From the NCBI GenBank assembly GCA_002269645.1, contig NIVC01000118.1, forward strand, positions 62,001-126,000: a stretch of 64,000 nt of DNA, in the 5' to 3' direction. The position numbers and the translations under genes are program-made. Positions 40,866-57,095 of this stretch are shown piece after piece. This DNA is from Macrostomum lignano (Eukaryota). The notes beneath the pieces are model-generated. The model was not told the DNA's origin, did no database searches, and was given only the letters and a program-made list of their open reading frames with translations. Position 1 is the first letter of the stretch, and the number at the start of each line of letters is the position of its first letter.

Positions 40866-42316
40866 ACTATAAGTTTCTACAGTCACTAGTATAAAATATA
40901 CCTAAAACAATAGTATACATAACTATTTTGTTTTATTAATTATTTTAATATTTAAATAATACAGGTTTCATTTTTTGCAGCAATTATTTTGCTGCATGCA
41001 TGCACATATCTACTGTTTATTGCATTGTTCAGGTGCTTTTTAATCACAATTTTTAGTGGCATACACTTTACTAGATAGCAAAATACTTTCAGGTATATAT
41101 GTAATATGATCTGCAATATAGAGTGTATATGGCACATAATTATGAGACACACTATAGTTTCTAAAATATTTGGTGCCTAAAAATATGTGGATGCTAAGAG
41201 TCAAGCAAAAATGCATTACGGGGCCTCAGCTGCTGCAATATGCATGGTGTTTTTAATGTGCGCCACTGTGACAAGACAAAGGTTAAAAAAGGTCATTTGA
41301 TATACCATGACACTAGAAATAAGGTTTCATTATTTTTTTTCATATTAAACCCCTGAAATATACTAATACATAATCAAAACTATAATACTAACATACTAAC
41401 AAATTATTCTGGTGTACACTGTGCCACCTTCTTGACTATGGCTTTAACAGATTAACACTTATTAATGATTATCTGTTAACTTTTACTTAATTTTACAAAA
41501 TTACATTTTAAAAAGTTAATGTTATTATTTTGTTTTAATGCTAACATTTTTGCTATTATTATAAACAAGTTAAAGACTTTCATTAATGGTGCCCATTATT
41601 AGCAGATTTGTTTTGGCAGTTTTAAGTTGTGACATCATAACATCATGAAATCTATTGAAGGGTGCAAAAACATATCTTAATTATTTTTGTTGTTCTTTCT
41701 TTAAACTTCATTTGCATTTTATTTTGAAGCATAGCAATATTAATACATATTGTTATTCTCATTTGATACCAAAGTGGCTATTACCAAAATGGCATGGTGT
41801 AGGTGTACACCTAAAAATTTGCCTAAAAAAACTCTGGTATACACTAGATACCTTCCTAATAGTGGCCTAAGAATGGGGGCACCTAGTGCCAAAGGCCTAA
41901 TAAGCCTACTTAAGAGGTGCACCATAATAGGCACCATAAATTCAAAATTTTTAATTTTGAATTAGATCATGCAAGGCAATGGGTTTAGTTATCATTCTTT
42001 TATAGCTTATGCTTACTAGAAAAGAGGAGTAGGCCCTAGCTAAAATGTACCTAGACAAATAATAGCTATAATATAAGTTATAAGTTATCTATTTAGTCAA
42101 AATTCCTTGCTTTATATTAATAAATTCAAAGTGCTATACTTCTTAAAAGCTAAATTAAGCCAATAATGAATGCTAGATAGATTTTATTTAAAATGCAATT
42201 CTAGAGGTATAATGAAACAATGAACAATGATCTAATATGCTAAGCTATGTTAAGTCTTGTATCCTTCCAAATGTATACTCTTGCTAATAATAATATTTAA
42301 TTATTGATTGCTATAG

Positions 42317-42752
42317 TTGCATTGTATACTCTGAGTAGATGGCTCTTTTTATATAAAAGTTTTTTTACACTATAAAATCTTATAAAATGCATAAATGGAA
42401 GTTGTATCAGTTAAGCTATGATATACACTTCACATAGAGCTTTGTATAATGACTCTAAAGCCTCTAAGTTCAAGCTTAAGTATTAAGCTTTTAATATAGC
42501 TCTAGCATTAACAATGTAAGCTTCTTGCTACTAAGCTGAGATTGTACACACAATAAGATATTTACTTTAAGTAGTCTATCTCTTTGAATAATCATGATAA
42601 AAAGCATATTGATTGTGAACTCTTCATGAAAACTTGAAATCAACAGAGTAAGTCAGCTATATTACTCGTAAATATAAATATAAAGATATAAAGAATAAAA
42701 CATTTCAGCTTGTCTTGTGCCCTGTTGTTCTGTGAAATAAAAAGTTCAAAGC
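42317..42752 (+). pseudogene. Decayed 5' coding region of the HAUS5-like gene (ghost exon 42317-42647, 61-bp intron, exon remnant 42709-42752)
   Basis: Canonical GTAAGT...TTTCAG intron at 42648-42708. In one frame 9 of 11 GC dinucleotides in 42412-42647 fall as GCN (Ala) codons. That frame reads LSRWL...*AMI...AEI...CALLFC, resembling HAUS5 N-terminal W...WAYI...AEI...RALLLR from memory, but has about 11 stops and a frameshift. Confidence 0.55.
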
Positions 42753-44580
42753 ATGCAAGCCTATTTAAGCCGCCTAGAAGCTCACATAGCCGCAGCTCGG
42801 GCCCGTTGCAATCAGTTAAACAACAACTGCCAGTTAGCCACTGATGATTCATCATTGTCAATGTCTACAAATTCTATTGGCGCTAATCCTCATCTAGCGG
42901 CGCGCCAATTTGGCGCTATTGAGCGCGCCAACCGGCTGGCTAGGCGTCGCTTAACAACAGCGTCGTTGCGTCGATTGGCAAGTCAGATTGGTGGAGCGGC
43001 GGAAGCTGCCAGTCTGGTTGCATTATCGTCTGCTTCTAAGAAGAAGCCAACAGAGGCAGAGGATGCAGACTCCGCTGAGGCTGCTCTAGCTCGACTGGCT
43101 AAAGAGGCTGCTGAGATACAAATTCACGATGAGGAACAGCCAGATGGGGTAGTTGGAGATGGTGACAATCAAGATGTAAGTAGTTTGTAGTTTACTTGTC
43201 TCCTCCTCGAGTCGTTTGGGAATGTGGGAAAACTTCAGTTGGAGAGGCTCGATGGGAAGATTTTGGTGGGAGGAGCTCTGTAGGAGAAGCTTGGTAGAAG
43301 AAACTCTGGGGAAATCTTGTGCTCCTATTTCCTTGAACTACGTATATCTGGCACTGTAACCTCGCCTAAGGCCGCCGCCGCTGTGCCGCCTGAGACGCTG
43401 GCCCACGCCGCTCAGTCGCGCGCCTGTCTGGACTGCCTGTTAGCTCGGCGCTCTTTAGCCGCTGCGGAGTCAGACTTCGCCAGCCTGAGCGAGCAGTTCA
43501 GCCGGCACCTCCAGCTGGCCGGCCTGTCGCCAGATGAAGCAGCTCTTGTCGTGGCCTATCGCGCTAACGGTTGCGGGGCCGCTGAACGCGCCGGCGCCGA
43601 TGCGAGGCGCCGCTACGCCGCCAGTTTATCGTCTGTTGGCGGCGGCGGCGGCGCTAGCGAGCACGCTTCGGCTGTGGCGCTTCGTCGCCGTCTGATTGGC
43701 GCCGCGGCGGATCGATTGCGCGCTAATCAGGGCGCCATAGCGGCGCTACTACGAGGTGATGCGCGCGTAGATTTAGCCGAGCAGAGGCGCCTGGCCAGCA
43801 GGCTGATGCTGGACTCGTTTCAGCGGCCAGACTCTGAGCTGGCGCTGTTGGCTCAGGAGGCTGCGACTGCGACCACTTTAGCTGCGGTAGCAGCTTCATC
43901 GTTTAGCAATGGAGAATCGAGTGGCGAAAGTCGACTCAAGTATCAAACACTGGCTGACGAAGGTCACGGATTGTACAGTCTGCATCGGCTGCTGGAGGAT
44001 GAGGTTGGCAAGCTGGGTTTCTATTGATTATCTGATAAGGCGGAGAGGCGGATTACCAAGGACTGGGGGGGGGGGGTGGAATGGCAGATTCCCAATAACT
44101 GTGAGGAGTGGAGAGGCAGATTCTTAAAAAAACTTAAAGAGGCGGAGAGGCAGATTCTAAAAAAACTGGGGTTGAAGATACAGATTTAGAAGTGCTTGAG
44201 CAGCAAGTATCCCTTGAAATCACAGGCAGATTTTTATAGTGCCTTCAAATTCCATTTCTCCAATTTCTAAAATCCGCCGCCAGATTCGCGCCGCTGAGTC
44301 GCGCGCTATCGCCCGACGCTCAGGCGCCGCAATCGGCGCCGCCGCTGCCAGCCTGCGCCGCAGTTGCGATGCGCTGAAGCGACGCCAAGCAGACGCCGAG
44401 CTAAGTGAGACGAGCTGCGCTGATACTGTTGACCGCCTGCTAGCGGAATGCGAGCCACTGATCGACCAGTTGTCAGTCGGAGTTGATCAACTGCATGCTT
44501 CGGTTGGCGTGCATCGAAGCCAGCCGGCATTTCGACTATCCGAGAAATCGACTGGCTCTGGATTGGGTGCTTCTAGCTGA
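42753..44580 (+). CDS. HAUS5: HAUS augmin-like complex subunit 5-like coiled-coil protein, N-terminally truncated (about 450 aa)
   Basis: Exons 42753-43175, 43371-44003, 44284-44580 in phase 0. Weak remembered similarity: QGAIAALLRGD vs QEQVRLLIKGN, YSLHRL vs PSIHQL, VGVHRSQPAF vs VGDWWEQPGQ. Coding status is solid; the family call is tentative. Confidence 0.55.
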
Positions 44581-44864
44581 GATTTTTTAAACTGCAAATC
44601 TACTTTGCGCGGCTATGGTTTATTACTTATCTGTGTTTTTATATCCATTGGTGTAAATGTCAATTTTATATCTTTCTTATAGCTCATAATTTATAAAACA
44701 AAAAAATTTAATGCATTTTTCTATGATTTCATTCTCGATTTTGTCTCTCTTACCTGAAAGCTCAACCGGAATTAATTTAAGTTAGCTTTGCATATGAATA
44801 AATTTATTTAAAATATTTTTTACGCGACTTAATCGTCATTTTCTGAAATGTTTACTATCAATAT

Positions 44865-45385
44865 ATTTAGACTAGCCATCTAACTCCCCCACTAGGGGCC
44901 TATAGCTATAATGCTCCAGGCAATTAGTCTCAGATTTTAGTGTATATGGACTAGCCATCTAGCTCCCCCACATGGGCCTGTAGCTTAAATGATCCAAGCA
45001 ATAGTCTCAGATTTTAGTGTATGTGGACTAGCCATCTAGCTCCTTCACATGGGCCTGTAGCTTAAATGATCCAAGCAATAGTCTCAGATTTTTGTGTATG
45101 TGGACTAGCCATCTAGCTCCTTCACATGGGCCTGTAGCTTAAATGATCCAAGTAATAGTCTCAGATTTTTGTGTATGTGGACTAGCCATCTAGCTTCTCC
45201 ACATGGGCCTGTAGCTTAAATGATCCAAGTAATAGTCTCAGATTTTTGTGTATGTGGACTAGCCATCTAGCTTCTCCACATGGGCCTGTAGCTTAAATGA
45301 TCCAACCAATTAGTCTCAGATTTTAGTGTAAGTGTATGTGGACTAGCCATCTAGCTCCCCCACCGGTGGCCTCTAGCTAGCTTAA
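44865..45385. repeat. 77-bp tandem repeat, 6-7 copies, between HAUS5-like and UCKL1
   Basis: Unit ATAGTCTCAGATTTTAGTGTATGTGGACTAGCCATCTAGCTCCTTCACATGGGCCTGTAGCTTAAATGATCCAAGCA. Confidence 0.93.
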
Positions 45386-45587
45386 ATGCCCTATGTATTT
45401 TAGCAATATGTTAGTGAAATGACTATCCGGCTCCCTTCAGTTAACCTATGCAGTACTCTACAGTCAAATTAAATCTATCGACATGTATTCAAATGCAAGT
45501 ACGTAAAATTCCTCTTAAGATTGAAAATTTGCAATAATGATGCAAAACTACTAATAAGTAGTATGACTGCTGATTTTCCAGCAAAAA

Positions 45588-51538
<5,951 letters not shown>

Positions 51539-51834
51539 TCGATGCTTGATTCTGCAATATTTTACTGCATACGCGTCCTGCTACTACTATCGAAAATGTA
51601 AAATTAGCTTTTTAAAGAATATTTTGTTGGAGTAGAAAGGATTCTGTACAAGCATAACGGTATAGTTGATCGCCAAGTTTTTTTACTTGACTCCGTTGCA
51701 TTCTTATCACTAATCATTTTTTTTAGTAACATTTAAGGTTATTTTTGTTCATTTTTGTGCACCAGAACTGGACGCTTTGAGTCTGTAAATTGAGCCATAA
51801 AAATACATCTGGAGCTCTAGGTTTACTGAATCAT

Positions 51835-52420
51835 CCAATGTACACCCGTCTACTGAACTTCCCTCAATGTACACTCGCTCTGTCCAACCCCACCCCAGCT
51901 TCCCTTCCCCAATGCACGCCCACTGTCCAACCCCACCCCAGCCCCCTTCCCCCAATGTACACCCGCTCTGGCCAACCCCACCCCAGCTTCCCTTCCTCCA
52001 ATGTACACCCGCTCTGGCCAACCCCACTCCAGCTCCCCTTCCCCCAATGTACACTCGCTCTGTCCAACCCCACCCCAGCTCCCCTTCCCCCAATGTACAC
52101 TCGCTCTGGCCAACCCCACCCCAGCTCCCCTTCCCCCAATGTACACTCGCTCTGTCCAACCCCACCCCAGCTCCCCTTCCCCCAATGTACACTCGCTCTG
52201 GCCAACCCCACCCCAGCTCCCCTTCCCCCAATGTACACTCGCTCTGGCCAACCCCACCCCAGCTCCCCTTCCCCCATTGTACACTCGCTCTGTCCAACCC
52301 CACCCCAGCTCCCCTTCCCCCAATGTACACTCGCTCTGGCCAACCCCACCCAGCTCCCCTTCCCCCAATGTACACTCGCTCTGGCCAACCCCACCCTCAG
52401 CTTCCCTCCCTCAATGTTCG
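51835..52420. repeat. 46-bp C-rich minisatellite (AATGTACACTCGCTCTGGCCAACCCCACCCCAGCTCCCCTTCCCCC)n
   Basis: Direct reading. Confidence 0.95.
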
Positions 52421-53045
52421 CTAGTTATATGAATCCTAATGTTACAGTTGACGGATTCCTTGTTGCTGATAAATATTGCTAAATTTTTAAGTAAAAATCA
52501 CGCTCGCATTTCTTTTGCTTTTTAATTAACCCTGCAATTTTTTTGGAAAGGTGCGTAGATAATGGTATCTTGCCTGTATCTTATTTTAGAAACTAAACTG
52601 TTCGCACCTTCGATTGGTACTTTTGCATGCACTTTTTCTGTAAACTTCGCATATGCCGGCTTCGAGTTAATAAAGTGTAAAAACGTATTGTCCAAGTTTA
52701 CTGTTTATCTGGTCGATCTTATTTAATTTTTTTAATTTTGTTTTAGTACTACGAGTGATGCGCAAAAGGCCTTAAAATGTATGTTTCTTAGAAATAGTCA
52801 ATCCGTCATAAAAAATCAGTTAACGACAGCAATAAATAAAATTATAAAAAACACACGTCCAAGGTATCACATTCTAAAAACAGCATGGCATAAATAAATT
52901 TCTACGAGTAAGAAAAGACCACCGATATAGATTTGAGTTTCTTAGAAACGACCACAAACTGTTTCTTAGAAACTATCCCCAGTAAATCGGTCACTTTTTT
53001 AGAATTACCACGCTCATTTATCTAGCGTGGTAGTCAGGGGACATG

Positions 53046-53131
<86 letters not shown>
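53046..53131. repeat. (GA)n microsatellite
   Basis: Direct reading. Confidence 0.97.
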
Positions 53132-53134
<3 letters not shown>

Positions 53135-53159
53135 ATGAATTATGTAATGTTACTAATTA

Positions 53160-53410
53160 AAACCCCAGACCCAGAAGGTCGGGGTTCGAGTCCCGATCCC
53201 ACTCAAAAAAGTTGTGTCCTTAAGCAAGACACTTAACTCTGCATTGCTTCAGTTCACCCAGCTGTAAAATGGGTGCCAGCATTAGCTGGGGTAATTGAGG
53301 GTGTCTTCAGAGGCGCCGCGCAAAAGCTTCGGCTGAGCTGTCCGTTGCACATCTGGTCATTGGAGCGGGAATAATCAGTTATAAATATTGCTATTAAAAT
53401 TATTACTAAG
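53160..53410 (+). mobile_element. CORE-type SINE fragment (second SINE family)
   Basis: B box GGTTCGAGTCC followed by GTGTCCTTAAGCAAGACACTTAAC...CAGCTGTAAAATGGG, which resembles the CORE domain of MIR-like SINEs; AT-rich tail. Confidence 0.65.
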
Positions 53411-53579
53411 ATAACATTAATTCATTGTTCAATTTAATAGTCACAATAGTCTACTTTTAGTAGATTAGAAGAAGGATGTAAAATCTTGAAAAATATCGGA
53501 TTATTACAGTGTCTGGAAAGGTTCATTTTAATTTTTCACTAATTAGTCACAGACTAAAACTGCCTTTTTTCGTTTTCAG

Positions 53580-54730
53580 CGGCTCCATCATCCATTCGCC
53601 AAAATTATTCTCAATCAAATTCGCCTCTACTCGCCTGCGTTTGCCTGTCTGTTGCTTTTTCTGCTCCTGCAGCTAACAGCAATTCCATCGGCTTCAGCCA
53701 GTGCATCTTCTTCGTCGTCGGCGGCTTCGCCGACTTCTTCAGCCACGGCTGATTGGCCGTCGACGTCGAAATCGAGTCGGCTGTCTTGCGACCAGCTGCG
53801 TCCCGGACAGTACTTGTGCTCTGAACCGGACATTAATCCGGCCACTCAGCAGGCTGTGAACTGCAGCAAGGAGGGCTTCGCTCCCGTCCTGTGCGAATTA
53901 GCAGATAATCTCACCTGCATTGGCGACTTTCTCTGCCCGACGGTAGGGAAAGCTTTTCTTTTCAGTGTAAAAGTGTGTTCTGGAGATTCTTAAACATGTC
54001 CTAAAAATAGTATCTGACGTCATTCTCTGTTCATTCTTTTAAGTGTTGAATTTGTCTATATTTTGGTGTTCTATAAATAGCATTCCGACGTCATCCGTTT
54101 GGTTGGCGTGTCTCTGTCCTAAAAATAGCATCTGACCTCATCCTATTGGCTGTCGTGTCTCTGTCCTAAAAATAGCATCTGACCTCATCCCTAATGGCTG
54201 GCGTGTCTGTTCTAAAAATAGCATCTGACCTCATCCCTAATGGCTGGCGTGTCTGTTCTAAAAATAGCATCTGACCTCATCCCTAATGGCTGGCGTGTCT
54301 GTTCTAAAAATAGCATCTGACCTCATCTGTGCCTGTAATGCATTCAAGGTACGAGTAATTTTAAGCAAGCTCTCAAACTCAACATTTGCAGTCCCTATCC
54401 GGCGCCAGCCAGTTCCCCAATCGCTGTTTCCAATCGACCACCGCTTGTCGTTGGACGAACGGCAAACAGTTTCACGTGGCCGTTCTGCTGTCCGTTTTCA
54501 CCGGCTTTCTCGGCTTGGACAGATTCTATCTGGGCTATCCGGCTATTGGCTTGGCCAAGCTATTCACCTTTGGCGGCTACGGGTTTTTGCACCTGTTGGA
54601 CGTCATATTAATTAGCTTGCAGATTGTCAGGCCAGCTGATCAATCTCACTACGTGTCTCCGCACTACGGCCCGTTGGTCACTCGGATACCGGCTAGCAAC
54701 GATACTCTGTTTACTGGTGGAACGTCCTAA
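53580..54730 (+). CDS. TM2D1: TM2 domain-containing protein 1 (BBP-like); start codon not present in the genomic exon
   Basis: Exons 53580-53942 and 54392-54730. Motifs: CDQLRPGQYLCSEPDINPATQQAVNC, CRWTNGKQFHVAVLLSVFTGFLGLDRFYLGYPAIGLAK, LLDVILISLQIVRPAD. Confidence 0.9.
54075..54330. repeat. 46-bp minisatellite in the TM2D1 intron
   Basis: Unit CTAAAAATAGCATCTGACCTCATCCCTAATGGCTGGCGTGTCTGTT. Confidence 0.88.
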
Positions 54731-54799
54731 TCATAGCTTTTAAAACTTACTGAACTGAGTGAGTCCTGGGATATTATGCAAGCATCTATTTATGTAAGG

Positions 54800-55170
54800 C
54801 TGAAAAAAAGCAATTGACGTCATGCAGTTAGTCTATTGGTAGAATGATGCTAAGAATAGCAACTGACGTCATGCAGTTCGCCGTTTGGTAGAATGAATGC
54901 TAAAAATAGTCACGACGTCATACAGTTCGGCTCTTGGTAGAATGATGCTAAAAATAGCTACTGACGCCATCTAGTTCAGCTCTTGTTAGCGCGATGCTCA
55001 AAATAGCCACTGACGTCATGCAGTTAAATTCTTGGCATTTTGATGCTAAAAATAGCCACTTGACGTCATACAGTTCAACTCTTTGTAGAAAAGCATGATA
55101 CTTAAAAATGGCAACTGATGTCATGCGTCTGAACAGTAGCTTAGTGCTTAATAAAAGCTTGACGTCATTT
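54800..55170. repeat. Degenerate ~49-bp repeat carrying TGACGTCA palindromes
   Basis: Perfect TGACGTCA at 54815, 54864, 55011, 55061 and 55160, plus three one-mismatch copies. Confidence 0.8.
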
Positions 55171-55266
55171 GACTCTTTGTAGTAGTCTTTTCTAAAGCTT
55201 CAACCATTTCGATTGTCCATTGCAGACCAAAGATTAAATCCAGTGTAAAATTTTGTTCACTTGCAA

Positions 55267-55575
55267 ATGACTTCGCCGTCAACAAAAGCTACTGCTGAGG
55301 GGGAGCAGGCAGCCTCAGTCGATCAGCGCGCCGAACTGCGCAAACGATTTCTTCGAGCTCTGGAAGCTGCCGAAGGTCGTCCGATGACGCTCCGGTTTCA
55401 CGGCTGTCGCCGGCCGCCACTGCAAGCCGATGAGTTTCTGGCCGCGGACATCAACTTCACGGCGCTGTGCGTCCGGGGCCTGGCCGCTCCGCTGGGCAAA
55501 GTGGACAAAGCTCTAATTCGAACCGGGGATCTGGTCTCCATGGCAACACTGGGAGACACCTGCGATAAACAATAA
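55267..55575 (+). CDS. GEMIN7: Gem-associated protein 7 (Sm-like SMN complex subunit), single exon, 102 aa
   Basis: QRAELRKRFLRAL...G....L.FH...F.A.DI......V..L..PLG....ALIR..D matches the Gemin7 pattern; ATG at 55267. Confidence 0.85.
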   Translation: MTSPSTKATAEGEQAASVDQRAELRKRFLRALEAAEGRPMTLRFHGCRRPPLQADEFLAADINFTALCVRGLAAPLGKVDKALIRTGDLVSMATLGDTCDKQ

Positions 55576-55989
55576 TTATGCTTATTTGTTAATATGATTA
55601 TTTCCTCTTGGTCACACTTGTTTGTCAGTTAATAGATGAGGCACATATTGTAAACTAGAAACTGTTCATAATATTTATCTCCTATGTAAGCTGCTCAACT
55701 TAGCAATAGCCATTATCAGGCTAATTGTCAGTATGAAATTGTTTTAATAAAACCGTATTGTGCGTCCAGTTACTATAAGTCTAATAATTCATCTGTGAAT
55801 ATTTAACTTATACTATTGCACTCGCATAGATATTTGCTTTAGCATGTACTTACCGCACTACTGTCTATCCAGTAGTGCGTTTTTTCTTTCTAACAAATAG
55901 TGTTGTGCATTGCGTCATTTTTCATTTCAGTCTGATTAGTCAAAAACTGTTATTTGTCAGAAGTCAATTAGAGTAATGAAAGAGGGAAA

Positions 55990-56880
55990 GAGTAATGACC
56001 GGGGCAGAGGGAGAGAGTAATGACCGGGGCAGAGGGAGAGAGTAATGACCGGGGCAGAGGGAGAGAGTAATGACCGGGGCAGAGGGAGAGAGTAATGACC
56101 GGGGCAGAGGGAGAGAGTAATGACCGGGGCAGAGGGAGAGAGTAATGACCGGGGCAGAGGGAGAGAGTAATAACCGGGGCAGAGGGAGAGAGTAATGACT
56201 GGGGCAGAGGGAGAGAGTAATGACCGGGGGCAGAGGGAGAGAGTAATGACCGGGGCAGAGGGAGAGAGAAATGACCGGGGCAGAGAGAGAGAGTAATGAC
56301 CGGGGCAGAGGGAGAGAGTAATGACCGGGGCAGAGGGAGAGAGTAATGACCGGGGCAGAGGGAGAGAGTAATGACTGGGGCAGAGGGAGAGAGTAATGAC
56401 TGGGGCAGAGGGAGAGAGTAATGACCGGGGGCAGAGGGAGAGAGTAATGACCGGGGCAGAGGGAGAGAGTAATGACCGGGGCAGAGGGAGAGAGTAATGA
56501 CCGGGGCAGAGGGAGAGAGTAATGACCAGGGCAGAGGGAGAGGTAATGACCAGGGCAGAGGGAGAGAGTAATGACCGGGGCAGAGGGAGAGAGTAATGAC
56601 CGGGGCAGAGGGGCAGAGGGAGAGTAATGACCGGGGCAGAGGGGCAGAGGGAGAGTAATGACCGGGGCAGAGGGAGAGAGTAATGACCAGGGCAGAGGGA
56701 GAGAGTAATGACCAGGGCAGAGGGAGAGTAATGACCGGGGCAGAGGGAGAGAGTAATGACCAGGGCAGAGGGAGAGAGTAATGACCAGGGCAGAGGGAGA
56801 GTAATGACCGGGGCAGAGGGAGAGAGTAATGACCGGGGCAGAGGGAGAGAGTAATGACCGGGGCAGAGGGAGAGAGTAAT
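55990..56880. repeat. 25-bp minisatellite (AGTAATGACCGGGGCAGAGGGAGAG)n
   Basis: Direct reading. Confidence 0.97.
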
Positions 56881-57095
56881 GGACTGTAAAGAAGTCTCAG
56901 ACAGGTTTCTGTTATATAAGAGAAAGATCACGCTGGACGTCTCAGTACTGTAAGATGAAGAATGAGTTCTAGATGAAGCACTGCATGGGCAGGTCTCGTA
57001 GATTAGGACTAAAATAGAAGAGACTCAACAAGCGCAAGGCCTGTCTGTCACACCCGACATGTACACCGTGTGTGCTTCAGCAGGCCTCGCAGCGG

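Noticed and set aside
42317-42752. Stop-codon reassignment or U-to-C editing as a rescue of the ghost exon
   Set aside because: All other genes here use standard stops, a frameshift is also required, and the neighbouring SINE shows the same DNA-level transitions.
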